DNA of 64,000 bases, from the sequence record SRR20825010_2151; one strand, given 5' to 3'. Every line of letters begins with the position of its first letter. Position 1 is the first letter of the stretch. The translations under genes and the position numbers were made by a program. This document shows, in pieces, positions 37,675 to 47,893 of this stretch. The notes below the pieces were generated by a model. The model saw only the letters and a list, made by a program, of their open reading frames with translations. It was not told the DNA's origin and searched no databases.

Positions 37675-38433
37675 ATGGAGATTTCTTTAAAAGGGAAAGT
37701 AATAATGGTAACGGGTGGCTCAAGAGGTATTGGTCGTGCCCTTTCAAAGCAGCTTTCAGACTCTGGCGCTGCTGTGGCAGTTCATTATAATTCGAATGAA
37801 GAACAAGCACAGTCTATTCTGAAGGAGTTGAATTCCGATTGTCAGCTTTTTCAAGCCGACCTTTCTGATGCATTGGAAACGATAAACTTGTTTAAACAAG
37901 TAGTTGAGAAAATGAAGGGCTTGGACGTGTTGATTAACAATGCGGGAGTAGCCATTTCTTCGGATTTAGTGAAAGCAGATGACGACTGGCTAAACGATTG
38001 GCAGTTTACAATGGACGTGAACCTTCAAGCTACTGGACTTTTGTGTAAAAAGGGCATCGAGCATTTCTTGGATAGTGGCGGAGGAAGAATTATCAATATT
38101 TCATCCAGAGCCGCTTTTCGTGGAGACACTTCTGATTACTTGGCTTATGCGGCTTCGAAAGGTGGATTGGTGGCGCTTACGCGTTCCATAGCTCGGGCTT
38201 ACGGAAAAAATGAGATTAAAGCATTTACCATTGCGCCTGGATTTGTAAGAACCGACATGGCGCAAGATTTTATGGACCAATATGGTGAGGGTTTTGCCCT
38301 TAACGATATTGCATTGAATCACTTGACCGAGCCGAAGGATTTGGCACCCTTGGTTACGCTGATGGCCAGCGGATTAATGGACCATGCAACGGGTTGTACC
38401 ATAGACGTGAATGCCGCTAGTTATGTGCATTAA
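37675..38433 (+). CDS. SDR family oxidoreductase
   Basis: TGGSRGIG, NNAG, YAASK, APGFVRT. Confidence 0.93.
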   Translation: MEISLKGKVIMVTGGSRGIGRALSKQLSDSGAAVAVHYNSNEEQAQSILKELNSDCQLFQADLSDALETINLFKQVVEKMKGLDVLINNAGVAISSDLVKADDDWLNDWQFTMDVNLQATGLLCKKGIEHFLDSGGGRIINISSRAAFRGDTSDYLAYAASKGGLVALTRSIARAYGKNEIKAFTIAPGFVRTDMAQDFMDQYGEGFALNDIALNHLTEPKDLAPLVTLMASGLMDHATGCTIDVNAASYVH

Positions 38434-39761
38434 CTATTGAATAATATTTCAATAGTAAAGTTTGTTTTACTTTTTGAAAGTAAAAACTGGTAGTTGTGCT
38501 TTTCTATGACCCGCTTCGCAATCTGTAAACCAAGCCCCATTCCTTTCTGTAGCGAATCGATATTTTCGGCAATTCCATTTTGAATATGTAAAGAAAGCAC
38601 CTCGTTTTGTTCCGAAATTTCCACCGAAACAGGTTGCCTGCTCGCTCCATATTTTCTAATGTTGTCGAAGAGGTTGACCAATACGGCTTCAAGTTTTTCT
38701 CTATCTGCATTTATTGTTAAATCTTCAGGATTGGCATTGATGGAAAGCTTGATATCGAGATTTTTTGTAGACAAAGTCGGACGCATTCTTTCCAACATAT
38801 CGTAAATCAAATCGTCTAATCTGAAATCGGATTTGCGCAGCACGAGCGTTTCAGATTTGAGCTGACTCATCAGCAGAAAATCTTGGACAATGTTTTTGAG
38901 CCTAATTACTTCTTCGCGTAAGCTTGTGAGTGTTTCCTGACTTAGTTCTTTTTCAGACGAACCCATTCGGTACTCCAATTCAGACTGCATATTGGCCAAA
39001 GGCGTTCGCAGTTCATGGGCGGCCATTGCGAAAAATTGATTCTGGCTACGAATGGAGGTTTCGATCCTTGAAATCATTTCGTTCATTGTAGCCGAAAGCT
39101 GAGTGATTTCGTCATTGGCAGAAGAAACGGGTAAACGATCCATTTGAGGCGAGGCTTTTACACTTTGGGCCTTAGCAATTAATTTTTGCAATGGTGCTAA
39201 AGTGAAATGAGCAATTAAAACGGCAGCGATAAATGCGATCAGCGCTGCACCCAAGTTGGCAAAGATCAGTCTGGATTTTAAGGCTGAAATTTCATTATAG
39301 ACGACCTGATTGTTTTTAGCCAGCACCAAACTGATTTGTGCGCCTGTGCTTTCATCCAAAGGCCTTCGGGCAATGCAATAAGTAAAAGAATCAATCTTGA
39401 TAAATTCCATCAGAGAAACCTGTTCGTCTGATGTTGGTTGTTCTATTTCTACAAAAACGGAAGAGAATATTTCGGGGAAATCGGGCCGCTCATATACCAT
39501 TTGGCTTTCGAACATGTTGCCAAACCATAGTTGGATCGGTTGATCTTCTTGCGTAACGGGGATTTGCGTCAGCTCATCATCTACTCCATTTAGAATACTC
39601 AAGGCTTCAATTTTTCCGCCATTCTGAAAAGCATTGATGAGGCTGGTTCGGATGGATTGGAAAAGGGAATAATTAAATGCGAGTGAAATACCGAAAAAGA
39701 CAACGAAGAAGGCCGCAGCAATCTTGAATCGAATACTTTTGAAAAATTGAATCTGCGGCAA
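38430..39761 (-). CDS. HAMP-domain sensor histidine kinase
   Basis: Two TM helices, HAMP domain, AHELRTPL H-box, NLFDN, GMGLGL. Confidence 0.9.
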   Translation of the reverse strand: MPQIQFFKSIRFKIAAAFFVVFFGISLAFNYSLFQSIRTSLINAFQNGGKIEALSILNGVDDELTQIPVTQEDQPIQLWFGNMFESQMVYERPDFPEIFSSVFVEIEQPTSDEQVSLMEFIKIDSFTYCIARRPLDESTGAQISLVLAKNNQVVYNEISALKSRLIFANLGAALIAFIAAVLIAHFTLAPLQKLIAKAQSVKASPQMDRLPVSSANDEITQLSATMNEMISRIETSIRSQNQFFAMAAHELRTPLANMQSELEYRMGSSEKELSQETLTSLREEVIRLKNIVQDFLLMSQLKSETLVLRKSDFRLDDLIYDMLERMRPTLSTKNLDIKLSINANPEDLTINADREKLEAVLVNLFDNIRKYGASRQPVSVEISEQNEVLSLHIQNGIAENIDSLQKGMGLGLQIAKRVIEKHNYQFLLSKSKTNFTIEILFNS

Positions 39762-39763
39762 GC

Positions 39764-40447
39764 TTAACTTTTTACGAGTTCACCTTGAATTTTGTAGCCG
39801 TAACCTACTTGGGTTTCTATCAACTTGGGCTCAAATTCAAAGTCTATTTTTTTTCTGAGCTGATGCATGTGCACTTCCACCACATTGCTTCCTCGATCAA
39901 AATTAATGTTCCAGATTTTCTGGGTAATTTCTGATTTGGAAAGCACACGATTGGTGTTGCTCAACAACAGTTCTAAGATAGAGAACTCTCGCTTACTTAA
40001 TTCAATTAATTGATCGGCCCGGGTTACTTCGCGCTTAATCAAATCTACTTTAAGGTCTTTCACTTGAAGAATCGAAGCCCGCGTTGAACCGAACTTTCTT
40101 TGTACGTTTCTTACTCTGGCTTTTAACTCTTCAAAATCGAAGGGTTTTTTGATGTAGTCAATCGCGCCTAAATCCAGCCCTTTGATTACGTGCTCGCTTT
40201 CATTCAAAGCACTCATAAAAATTATGGGTGTATGGATAGAAAACTCACGCATGTTTTTCAACACCTCAAAACCGCTTTGCCCGGGTAACATAATGTCTAA
40301 AAGAATCAGATCGAAATCGTTTGTGGCTGCGGTTTCTAAGGCTTCACTACCATTGGTTTCGTGTGTTACAGAATAACCCTCTTCTTCCAAACCCTTAACT
40401 AGAAAACTGCCCAGCTTAATTTCGTCTTCAATCAACAGAATTTTCAT
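39764..40447 (-). CDS. OmpR/PhoB family response regulator
   Basis: LLIEDE, LLDIMLP, YIKKPF, winged helix (NVVEVH...LRKKID...GYGY). Confidence 0.95.
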   Translation of the reverse strand: MKILLIEDEIKLGSFLVKGLEEEGYSVTHETNGSEALETAATNDFDLILLDIMLPGQSGFEVLKNMREFSIHTPIIFMSALNESEHVIKGLDLGAIDYIKKPFDFEELKARVRNVQRKFGSTRASILQVKDLKVDLIKREVTRADQLIELSKREFSILELLLSNTNRVLSKSEITQKIWNINFDRGSNVVEVHMHQLRKKIDFEFEPKLIETQVGYGYKIQGELVKS

Positions 40448-41796
40448 AATGAGCGACTAAGGTTTACTTTGGTAGTGAAGGTTTTCCCATTTATTGTGAT
40501 TTTATTAGGAACAATAATGGTGTAACCTAATTCATTGATTTCAGAATCTAACACTTTTCTTTTCCAACCTTCAATCTGAATGGGTTTCCCTTCTTTTATT
40601 AGTTTGGATATTGAAATGGCCATCAAGCTGTTCATCTTAACGAAGATGCTATCGTTCACTAAAACGCTGCTAAATGAAGTCTTGACATTCTTTTTGGCAT
40701 AGTATATTTTGTTTACGATTCCGTTTAATGGTTCGTTTTGCTGAATATAATCTTCTTCTGCTCCTGTTTCAAAACGACTCGTTAAAATCATTTCATCTTC
40801 ATTGTCTTCTATGGCTTTTAAATGATTGTTTTTGCCAAGTACGCTGAAATGAAAATTTAAACTATCACCATCTTTTACATTGAAGGATTGAGAAATTTTA
40901 TTCGCGTCTCTTGAATTGAAGGAATAAACCTGAAGCCCGTGTTTTTTAGATTTCGCAGCAATCCCGGTAACCAAGCCAGAGTTGTCCGAAACGAACTGAA
41001 CAGGTTTGACTTTTAATGTTTCTAATAGTGACGAGTTGAATGCAAAAGGAGTGTAAATCAAAATATCATGTGAATTAATCTCTCCATGATAAAGTTTATA
41101 TGTGCTCGTACCCTTATAATATCTACCACTTTGACCGCCTTTGTCAAATTTTAGGTAAGATATTTTCTTTGAATTTAGCGGTTCATCATCATTAGAGCTA
41201 ATAGCAAGAACTAGGGTGTCACCATTTTCTAGGATTAACATTCCTTTATTCTTGTCTAGTTTTTTTCTGTCTACGACATTTACATTGATCACTGTCGTCA
41301 TCGGAGAGTCGTATAAATCATTGACATATTCTTTATCAATTTTACCTAGTTCAAATGTGCCTTTTGAGCTAGTTAAGCGTTGAATTTTTCCCAAGCCTTC
41401 AATTGGTTCTTTCAATTCTTTCTCGAGCTTTTTGATGTATTCATCCTTATAAAGCATTTCTTCTAGTAATAATTCGTCACCACTGATGGTCATCTCCACA
41501 GTTTCGCTCAGCACCAAATAAGGCTTAATATCAGTGCCAAATATGGGTGATAGACGAGCAAGGATTACTTTCCCGCTTTGTGTTCTGAAAACAACCCCAT
41601 CGAAAGAGCCTCCATATTCAAATTTTCCAAAAAGTAATTTGATGATCTCTCCTTTGTATACTTTTTCAATATGATCGTTTGTTCTCCCTAATCTTTTGAG
41701 TTGCTCAACTTGCTCTTTAGGAACAGTTTGTCCCCTAAGTTCTTGATGAAAAGGCAAGAGGCTAAGAAGAAGCAAGAATGTAATCCAGTTTTTCAT
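40444..41796 (-). CDS. Secreted hypothetical protein
   Basis: 450-aa ORF with a signal peptide, overlapping the response regulator start (ATGA). Confidence 0.8.
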   Translation of the reverse strand: MKNWITFLLLLSLLPFHQELRGQTVPKEQVEQLKRLGRTNDHIEKVYKGEIIKLLFGKFEYGGSFDGVVFRTQSGKVILARLSPIFGTDIKPYLVLSETVEMTISGDELLLEEMLYKDEYIKKLEKELKEPIEGLGKIQRLTSSKGTFELGKIDKEYVNDLYDSPMTTVINVNVVDRKKLDKNKGMLILENGDTLVLAISSNDDEPLNSKKISYLKFDKGGQSGRYYKGTSTYKLYHGEINSHDILIYTPFAFNSSLLETLKVKPVQFVSDNSGLVTGIAAKSKKHGLQVYSFNSRDANKISQSFNVKDGDSLNFHFSVLGKNNHLKAIEDNEDEMILTSRFETGAEEDYIQQNEPLNGIVNKIYYAKKNVKTSFSSVLVNDSIFVKMNSLMAISISKLIKEGKPIQIEGWKRKVLDSEINELGYTIIVPNKITINGKTFTTKVNLSRSL

Positions 41797-41830
41797 GTCC
41801 TTAATTTTCTTCGAACCTATAACACTCGTA

Positions 41831-41866
41831 TTAAAACTAGCTTAAATTCAGATTAATATTCCTTAA
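41831..41866. promoter_or_regulatory. Candidate OmpR-family binding repeats
   Basis: TTAA at 41831, 41842, 41853, 41863 (11/11/10-nt spacing). Confidence 0.45.
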
Positions 41867-41875
41867 TTTCATAGT

Positions 41876-42448
41876 ATGAAAAAACGCTGTACTTGGTGCG
41901 AAAACACCTTTGAAGAATACGAAAGATATCACGATGAAGAATGGGGTGTTCCTGTGCATGATGATAAAACTCATTTCGAATTTTTGATTTTAGAAGGGGC
42001 ACAGGCGGGTTTAAGCTGGTCGACTGTTTTGAAAAAGAGAGAAGGCTACCGACAATTGTTTGCCGACTTCAATGTAGAGGCTGTTGCTGAATTTACCCCA
42101 GACGAGGTGGAAACTATTCTTCAAAACCCAGCGATAATTCGAAATAGACTTAAGGTAGCTGGAACGGTGATCAACGCGAAGAAATTTATGGCGGTACAAA
42201 AAGAGTTCGGCACTTTCGACAAATTCATTTGGTCTTTTGTGGGCGGAAAACCCATTGTTAACGCTTGGGAAAATATGAAACAAGTACCTGCTACAACTCC
42301 AGAGTCGGATGCGCTGAGCAAAGATTTAAAGAAGCGAGGCTTCAAATTTGTTGGTAGCACAATTATGTATGCTTATATGCAGGCCTGTGGTTTAGTGATG
42401 GATCATACTAAAGACTGTTTTAGGTATAAGGATTTAAGCGGAAATTAG
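41876..42448 (+). CDS. tag: DNA-3-methyladenine glycosylase I
   Basis: RCTW, YHDEEWG, LEGAQAGLSW, IIRNRLK, GFKFVG, DH..DCF. Confidence 0.95.
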   Translation: MKKRCTWCENTFEEYERYHDEEWGVPVHDDKTHFEFLILEGAQAGLSWSTVLKKREGYRQLFADFNVEAVAEFTPDEVETILQNPAIIRNRLKVAGTVINAKKFMAVQKEFGTFDKFIWSFVGGKPIVNAWENMKQVPATTPESDALSKDLKKRGFKFVGSTIMYAYMQACGLVMDHTKDCFRYKDLSGN

Positions 42449-42451
42449 GTG

Positions 42452-42919
42452 TTATTGAGCAACGCTCAAGACAATTGTTTTTCTAGGGATTTTGATGGAC
42501 CACATACCCACTTCTTTTCCGTCCGCTACCATGGGGCTGGTGTAAAGCACGAAATGAGTGTCTTCCAAAAATTGTACGTTGGCAGGTGATTTAATGTCGT
42601 TTTTACTATTATATTGGTAGGCTTCATAAATGGCTTTTCCTTTTCCCTCTAAGCTATTTTCTTCATTGAAAGGGAAACCCTGTACTTCAATATTTTCTGA
42701 CTCAATTGCTGTCCAGATCACTTTTTCTTCTTCAAGATTTAGCTTGAGTTTAGCAGAAATACTATCGCCTATTTCCGTGGCTTTTTCAATGATTTGCACG
42801 TCCGATACCACTTGAATTTCTTGGCTTTTCATGTCTTGAAGGGCCTTTTTTGTATCTACCTTTTGGTTTGAACAATTAAGTGCGAAAAGAGAGAGTATTA
42901 CGATGCTTAGCTTTTTCAT
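42452..42919 (-). CDS. Hypothetical lipoprotein
   Basis: Lipobox ALNC at about residue 16. Confidence 0.8.
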   Translation of the reverse strand: MKKLSIVILSLFALNCSNQKVDTKKALQDMKSQEIQVVSDVQIIEKATEIGDSISAKLKLNLEEEKVIWTAIESENIEVQGFPFNEENSLEGKGKAIYEAYQYNSKNDIKSPANVQFLEDTHFVLYTSPMVADGKEVGMWSIKIPRKTIVLSVAQ

Positions 42920-43002
42920 AGAATAAAATATTTATTCAGTTCGATGTAAAATTAACAGCCTTGTCAATTGTTTGTTAATTTTGAGGATTAAATCACAGAA
43001 AT

Positions 43003-44076
43003 ATGATTGACAAGTTAGAGACAATTAAAGCACGGTTCGAAGAAGTAGGCCAACTCTTGGTTCAGCCTGATGCCATGACAGACATGAAGCATTATTCTAA
43101 ACTGAACAAGGAATACAAGGATTTAGAGAAGATTGTGACTGTCTATGACGAGTATGTTAATGTGAATGAAAACATAGAATCGTCTAAAGAACTGCTTAAA
43201 ACAGAAAAAGACGAGGAGTTTCGTGAAATGGCCAAAATGGAAATTAATGAATTGGCCGAAAGAAAAGAGGAGATCGAAGAAGAGCTGAAAGTAATGCTTA
43301 TCCCTAAAGACCCTGATGATTCTAAAGATGTAATTGTAGAAATTAGAGCGGGTGCAGGAGGAGATGAAGCCGCAATTTTTGCAGGTGATTTATACCGAAT
43401 GTACGATAGGTATATTGAAAATAAGGGGTGGAAGAAGGATTTGATCAATATCAACGAGGCTTCATCTGGAGGGTTTAAAGAAATCACTTTTGGTGTTTCT
43501 GGCGAAGATGTTTACGGAGCATTAAAATTTGAATCTGGGGTTCATCGTGTACAGCGAGTTCCTGTAACTGAGTCGCAAGGGAGAGTGCACACTTCGGCAG
43601 CTTCGGTAGCAGTTTTACCCGAAGTAGAAGATATTGATGTGAACCTCGACATGAAAGATGTTCGAAAAGATACATATCGTGCTTCTGGCGCTGGTGGTCA
43701 GCACGTGAACAAAACAGAATCAGCTGTTCGACTAACCCATATTCCAACAGGGATAGTGGTGGAATGCCAAGATGGACGTTCACAACATAAGAATTTTGAT
43801 AAGGCGTTGAGCGTATTGCGTTCGCGCATGTACGAAATTGAGCTAAATAAGCAAGAAGCCGAACAAGCTGGAAAGCGTAAATCTTTAGTAGGCAGTGCCG
43901 ATAGATCCGATAAAATTAGAACATACAACTATCCTCAGGGCCGTGTTACGGATCACAGAATTGGGTATTCTCAGCACAATTTACCTACAGTGATGGATGG
44001 TGAAATTGGCGAGTTTGTAGAGCGATTAAGAATGGCAGAAGCCTCTGATAAAATGGCCCAAGACAGTATGGTTTAA
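43003..44076 (+). CDS. prfA: Peptide chain release factor 1
   Basis: PVT recognition loop (RVPVTE), [21 protein letters not shown]. Confidence 0.98.
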   Translation: MIDKLETIKARFEEVGQLLVQPDAMTDMKHYSKLNKEYKDLEKIVTVYDEYVNVNENIESSKELLKTEKDEEFREMAKMEINELAERKEEIEEELKVMLIPKDPDDSKDVIVEIRAGAGGDEAAIFAGDLYRMYDRYIENKGWKKDLININEASSGGFKEITFGVSGEDVYGALKFESGVHRVQRVPVTESQGRVHTSAASVAVLPEVEDIDVNLDMKDVRKDTYRASGAGGQHVNKTESAVRLTHIPTGIVVECQDGRSQHKNFDKALSVLRSRMYEIELNKQEAEQAGKRKSLVGSADRSDKIRTYNYPQGRVTDHRIGYSQHNLPTVMDGEIGEFVERLRMAEASDKMAQDSMV

Positions 44077-44289
44077 TTACTTAGCTTGGTAATCCATTGG
44101 TTCAAGCTCGAACAAACGGTTTACAGTAGTATTGAAAATCTCAGAAATTTTAAGGGCGAGCGTGGTCGAAGGAGTGTATTTTCCTCGTTCTATGGCGTTA
44201 ATGCTTTGTCGCGATACTCCCGCAAGGCCAGCAAGTTGTTCCTGAGTTATCTTTTTTCGCTTTCGTTCTTCGCGGAGTGTGTTTTTCAT
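44077..44289 (-). CDS. XRE-family HTH transcriptional regulator
   Basis: TQEQLA...VSRQSINAIERGKYTPS...LALKI. Confidence 0.92.
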   Translation of the reverse strand: MKNTLREERKRKKITQEQLAGLAGVSRQSINAIERGKYTPSTTLALKISEIFNTTVNRLFELEPMDYQAK

Positions 44290-44477
44290 TTTGATTCCGA
44301 TTCTTACGTAAAACTAGAACGATCAGCCTTTTGAACGGGCTTTTATTTAGTTAAGTTTATATTACATTTTTGTCTCAAAAACGAAGGGAATGTTACAAGG
44401 CTGTTAAAAATTCGTGAACAGTTTCTTAACATTGGCATTTTGATTTATCTTTGCCCTCCGAAATAAAAGAAGAAACT

Positions 44478-44615
44478 ATGTTATTCGACCCACCAATTGC
44501 ATCTGGCGCAAACACCTTTATTTGGATTGTTGTTATCCTAATCGGATTTGTAGCTGCTTTAAGCCAACACGATGCGATTTTTAAAGGAAAGAAGAAGAAA
44601 GAAGAAGAGCACTAG
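44478..44615 (+). CDS. Small single-pass membrane protein (45 aa), not in the ORF track
   Basis: MLFDPPIASGANTFIWIVVILIGFVAALSQHDAIFKGKKKKEEEH*; TATCTTTG promoter motif at 44446-44453 and an A-rich leader. Confidence 0.7.
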   Translation: MLFDPPIASGANTFIWIVVILIGFVAALSQHDAIFKGKKKKEEEH

Positions 44616-44688
44616 GCTTTCCCTCCTCTCTTTTTCTCTTATTTGATCAGTCAATTTTTTTGATTGATTTTTAATTGCATGCTTTTGG

Positions 44689-46113
44689 CTAGTAATCGCT
44701 AGCCATCACCTCTTTTGCTTTTTTCTGAATCAAAGTCCAAGCGTTTTCGACATGTTTGGCTTCTAGATTTGTATTTCCAAAAGCCAATCTTAGCGAAAAC
44801 TTGCTGTTCAACTTCGTTTGAGCAAAGAAGAGCTTTCCAGTAGCATTCACGCGATTCATAATTTTCTCATTCAGTCCGTCCAGTTTGTCTTCACTTATGT
44901 ATGGAGCGAACCTAAAGCAAAGGGTATTTAATGGAACTGGGGCTAAAAGCTCAAAATCAGGATGTTTTTCAATTTCAGCTTTGAGCCATTGACCTAAAGC
45001 GATGTGCTTTCTAATTTTAGCTTGAATGCCTTCAACGCCCATTTCGCGAATTACAAACCAGAGTTTAAGTGCTCGGAATCTTCTACCTAAAGGTACTCCC
45101 CAATCACGGTAATTTTTCACTTCATCATCTACCGAAGTTTTTAAATAATCGGGAGAAATTGAGAAGGTATTAATTAAAGCGCGTGGATCTTTGACGTAGT
45201 AAGCTGTGCAATCAAAATTGGTGAACATCCATTTGTGTGGGTTGAAAACAAAGGAATCGGCCATTTCAACACCCTCTGCCATCCATCGCATTTCAGGCAA
45301 AACCAAAGCAGTGCCCGCATAAGCTGCGTCTACATGGTGCCAAATATCATATTGCTGGCAAATTTTACTAATTGCCAATATTGGGTCGATGGCCGTGGTG
45401 CTCGTAGTGCCAATAGCAGAAACTACGCAAAGCGGTTTTCTTCCTTCAGCTATGTCTTCCTTGATCAAAGCTTCTAAATGCACAGGATCTAAAGCAAAGG
45501 CATCATCAACATTCACTTTGCGAAGATTATTGGAACCTATGCCTGCAATTTTGACTGCCTTATCAATTGAAGAATGAATTTGATTTGAAGCGTAGACAAT
45601 GTATTTCTCCGTTCCAGAAAAGCCATCTTCGTTTACTTTGTAACCCGAAGCCTTTTCGCGTGCGGTAAGAATGGCGCAAAGCGTGGCGGTAGAAGCGGTA
45701 TCTTGAATGACTCCTGTAAAATGCTTTGGCAGAGCCAGCATTTCTTTCATCCATTCCATCATTTGTTCTTCAAGCTCGGCTGCCGCTGGCGAAGTGAGCC
45801 AAATCATGCATTGCGCACCCAATGTTGCGGTGAGCATTTCACCCAAAATAGAGGGCATGCTTTTGTTCCCAGGGAAGTAAGCCATAAAGTTAGGGCTCTC
45901 CCAGTGGGTCATTCCTGGCACAATTTGCTGCTTGAAATCGGCAAAAATGTTCTCGAATTGTTCCGCTTGTTCTGGCGGCAGTTCAGGAAATTGCTTTTTT
46001 ATATCGCCCGGTTTTACATTGGGTAAAACAGGGTATTCTTCTACGTTTTGTAGGTAATCGGCCATCCAGTCCACAAGGCTGTGGGCGTGTTTTCTAAAAG
46101 AATCGTTGTTCAT
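44689..46113 (-). CDS. PLP-dependent group II decarboxylase (aromatic L-amino acid decarboxylase-like)
   Basis: THWESPNFMAYFP, SPAAAELE, HVDAAYAG, FNPHKW, LGRRFRALKLW. Confidence 0.93.
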   Translation of the reverse strand: MNNDSFRKHAHSLVDWMADYLQNVEEYPVLPNVKPGDIKKQFPELPPEQAEQFENIFADFKQQIVPGMTHWESPNFMAYFPGNKSMPSILGEMLTATLGAQCMIWLTSPAAAELEEQMMEWMKEMLALPKHFTGVIQDTASTATLCAILTAREKASGYKVNEDGFSGTEKYIVYASNQIHSSIDKAVKIAGIGSNNLRKVNVDDAFALDPVHLEALIKEDIAEGRKPLCVVSAIGTTSTTAIDPILAISKICQQYDIWHHVDAAYAGTALVLPEMRWMAEGVEMADSFVFNPHKWMFTNFDCTAYYVKDPRALINTFSISPDYLKTSVDDEVKNYRDWGVPLGRRFRALKLWFVIREMGVEGIQAKIRKHIALGQWLKAEIEKHPDFELLAPVPLNTLCFRFAPYISEDKLDGLNEKIMNRVNATGKLFFAQTKLNSKFSLRLAFGNTNLEAKHVENAWTLIQKKAKEVMASDY

Positions 46114-46219
46114 TATTTTCTTCCTTTCTACTCAATACTCAATGTGACCAAAGATACTGAATGGAATCAGATTCGAACTTTCGATTTACTATTTTCCAAG
46201 GAATTCGTTACTTTGATGT

Positions 46220-46447
46220 ATGGATATACAAGCAGAAAAATTACGACTGATTGAATGGTTGTCTACTTTGAGAGATTCTAGTACTATTTCCGAGTTAGTT
46301 GCTTTTAAAAAATCCAAGGAAATTGATTGGTGGGATGAAATTAGTGAAGAAGAAAAGGCCGAAATAAAAGAGGGTTTAGCGCAGGCTGATAAAGGAGAGC
46401 TAACACCGCATGATCAAGTAATGTCAAAATACGACAAATGGCGCTAG
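46220..46447 (+). CDS. Putative type II antitoxin
   Basis: 75 aa, acidic, WWDEISEEEK...GL.QAD.G...PH.QV motif; overlaps the toxin start. Confidence 0.75.
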   Translation: MDIQAEKLRLIEWLSTLRDSSTISELVAFKKSKEIDWWDEISEEEKAEIKEGLAQADKGELTPHDQVMSKYDKWR

Positions 46448-46734
46448 AGATCGTTTGGACTAAGCGTGCAGTTACTGGTTATGAAAGCACCATTGAATAC
46501 TTAGAAAAGAACTTCACAGCTAGAGAGGTAAAAAGCTTCATTAAACAATCCACAGAATTTTTTGAGTTGCTAAAGCTCTACCCAGAAATGCTTGAAAGAA
46601 CAGAAAAACGGAAAGATGTTTTTCGTGGGCCAATTAACAAATACACGATACTCACTTATCGCTTAGTAAAGAAAAACAACCAAATACAGCTTATCAATAT
46701 TCGTTCGGCAAGAAGAAAACCATTGAAAGGATAA
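46438..46734 (+). CDS. RelE/ParE family toxin
   Basis: 98 aa, basic, IVWTKRA...YL...ILTYR...I.S.RR.P. Confidence 0.8.
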   Translation: MALEIVWTKRAVTGYESTIEYLEKNFTAREVKSFIKQSTEFFELLKLYPEMLERTEKRKDVFRGPINKYTILTYRLVKKNNQIQLINIRSARRKPLKG

Positions 46735-46858
46735 TCTTCATCTTATACAGAGAGCACAACTCATTTTTCAATACGTTTATCCGCCATATTGTCCGAAAAC
46801 AAAGTTAGCATATATCTTGCAGGCTAAAGAACGTACTGTTACACAAAGCAAAAAAATT

Positions 46859-47452
46859 ATGAAAACGAAATGGATTGTTTTAATCGTGGTTGTCCTATTG
46901 GTAATCATCGGTTACTCTACTTTTAAAGGATCTTACAACGGAATGGTTCAACGCGAAGAAGGCATCAGTGGTGCTTGGGCTCAGGTTGAAAACCAATACC
47001 AAAGAAGATCGGACCTTATTCCCAACCTAGTAAACACAGTAAAAGGCTATGCCGATTTTGAGCAAGAAACCTTAACAGGCGTTATCGAAGCAAGGGCTAA
47101 AGCTACTTCGGTAAGCATTAATCCACAAAACTTAAGCCCAGATGCCATTGCCCAATTTGAGCAAGCGCAACAAGGCGTGAGTTCAGCCCTAAGCAGACTT
47201 TTGGTCACTGTAGAACGCTACCCTGATTTAAAGGCTAGCACACAATTTAGCCAACTTCAAGTTCAGCTAGAAGGCACAGAAAACAGAATTTCTGTAGAAA
47301 GAAGAAACTTCAATACTGCGGTTCAAGGCTATAATACCTTTATCAAAACCTTCCCAAAAAATCTTATTGCTGGTATGTTCGGCTTTGAGCAGAAGGGATA
47401 TTTTGAAGCGAAGCCAGGGTCTGATGTAGCACCAGAAGTAACTTTTGACTAA
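46859..47452 (+). CDS. lemA: LemA family protein
   Basis: N-terminal TM helix, QYQRRSDLIPNLVNTVKGYA, ERYPDLKA, EGTENRI; start moved to MKTK. Confidence 0.95.
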   Translation: MKTKWIVLIVVVLLVIIGYSTFKGSYNGMVQREEGISGAWAQVENQYQRRSDLIPNLVNTVKGYADFEQETLTGVIEARAKATSVSINPQNLSPDAIAQFEQAQQGVSSALSRLLVTVERYPDLKASTQFSQLQVQLEGTENRISVERRNFNTAVQGYNTFIKTFPKNLIAGMFGFEQKGYFEAKPGSDVAPEVTFD

Positions 47453-47892
47453 TGGCTGAGGATTTATTCAGTAGCGACCAGAAAAAAAGAATCAAAGCGG
47501 CAATTCAGGAAGCTGAATTGAACACCAGCGGAGAGGTTCGGGTACATTTAGAAAACCATTGCAAAACGGAGAATGTACTCGACAGGGCATCGCAAATGTT
47601 TTCCAAATTGGAAATGCATAAAACCGATGCTAGAAATGGCGTATTGATTTACATGGCGGTGAAAGATCACCGCTTTGCCATTATTGGCGATGCCGGCATT
47701 AACCAAAAAGTAGGTGACGATTTTTGGGATACCACCAAAGATAAAATGTTGGTGCATTTTAAAAACGGAAAACTCACGACAGGTTTGGTAGAAGGAATTT
47801 TGTGTGCGGGAGAAAAGCTAAAAGAGCATTTCCCATACCAAAAGGACGACAAAAACGAACTGTCAGACGACATCTCATTCGGAAAAAACTAA
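47452..47892 (+). CDS. TPM domain protein
   Basis: AELNTSGEVRV, RNGVLIY, GDAGI, NELSD. Confidence 0.9.
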   Translation: MAEDLFSSDQKKRIKAAIQEAELNTSGEVRVHLENHCKTENVLDRASQMFSKLEMHKTDARNGVLIYMAVKDHRFAIIGDAGINQKVGDDFWDTTKDKMLVHFKNGKLTTGLVEGILCAGEKLKEHFPYQKDDKNELSDDISFGKN

Positions 47893-47893
47893 T

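Noticed and set aside
42452-42919. Heme-binding DUF3365-like call for the lipoprotein next to prfA
   Set aside because: Only a vague resemblance and no CxxCH motif; left as hypothetical.
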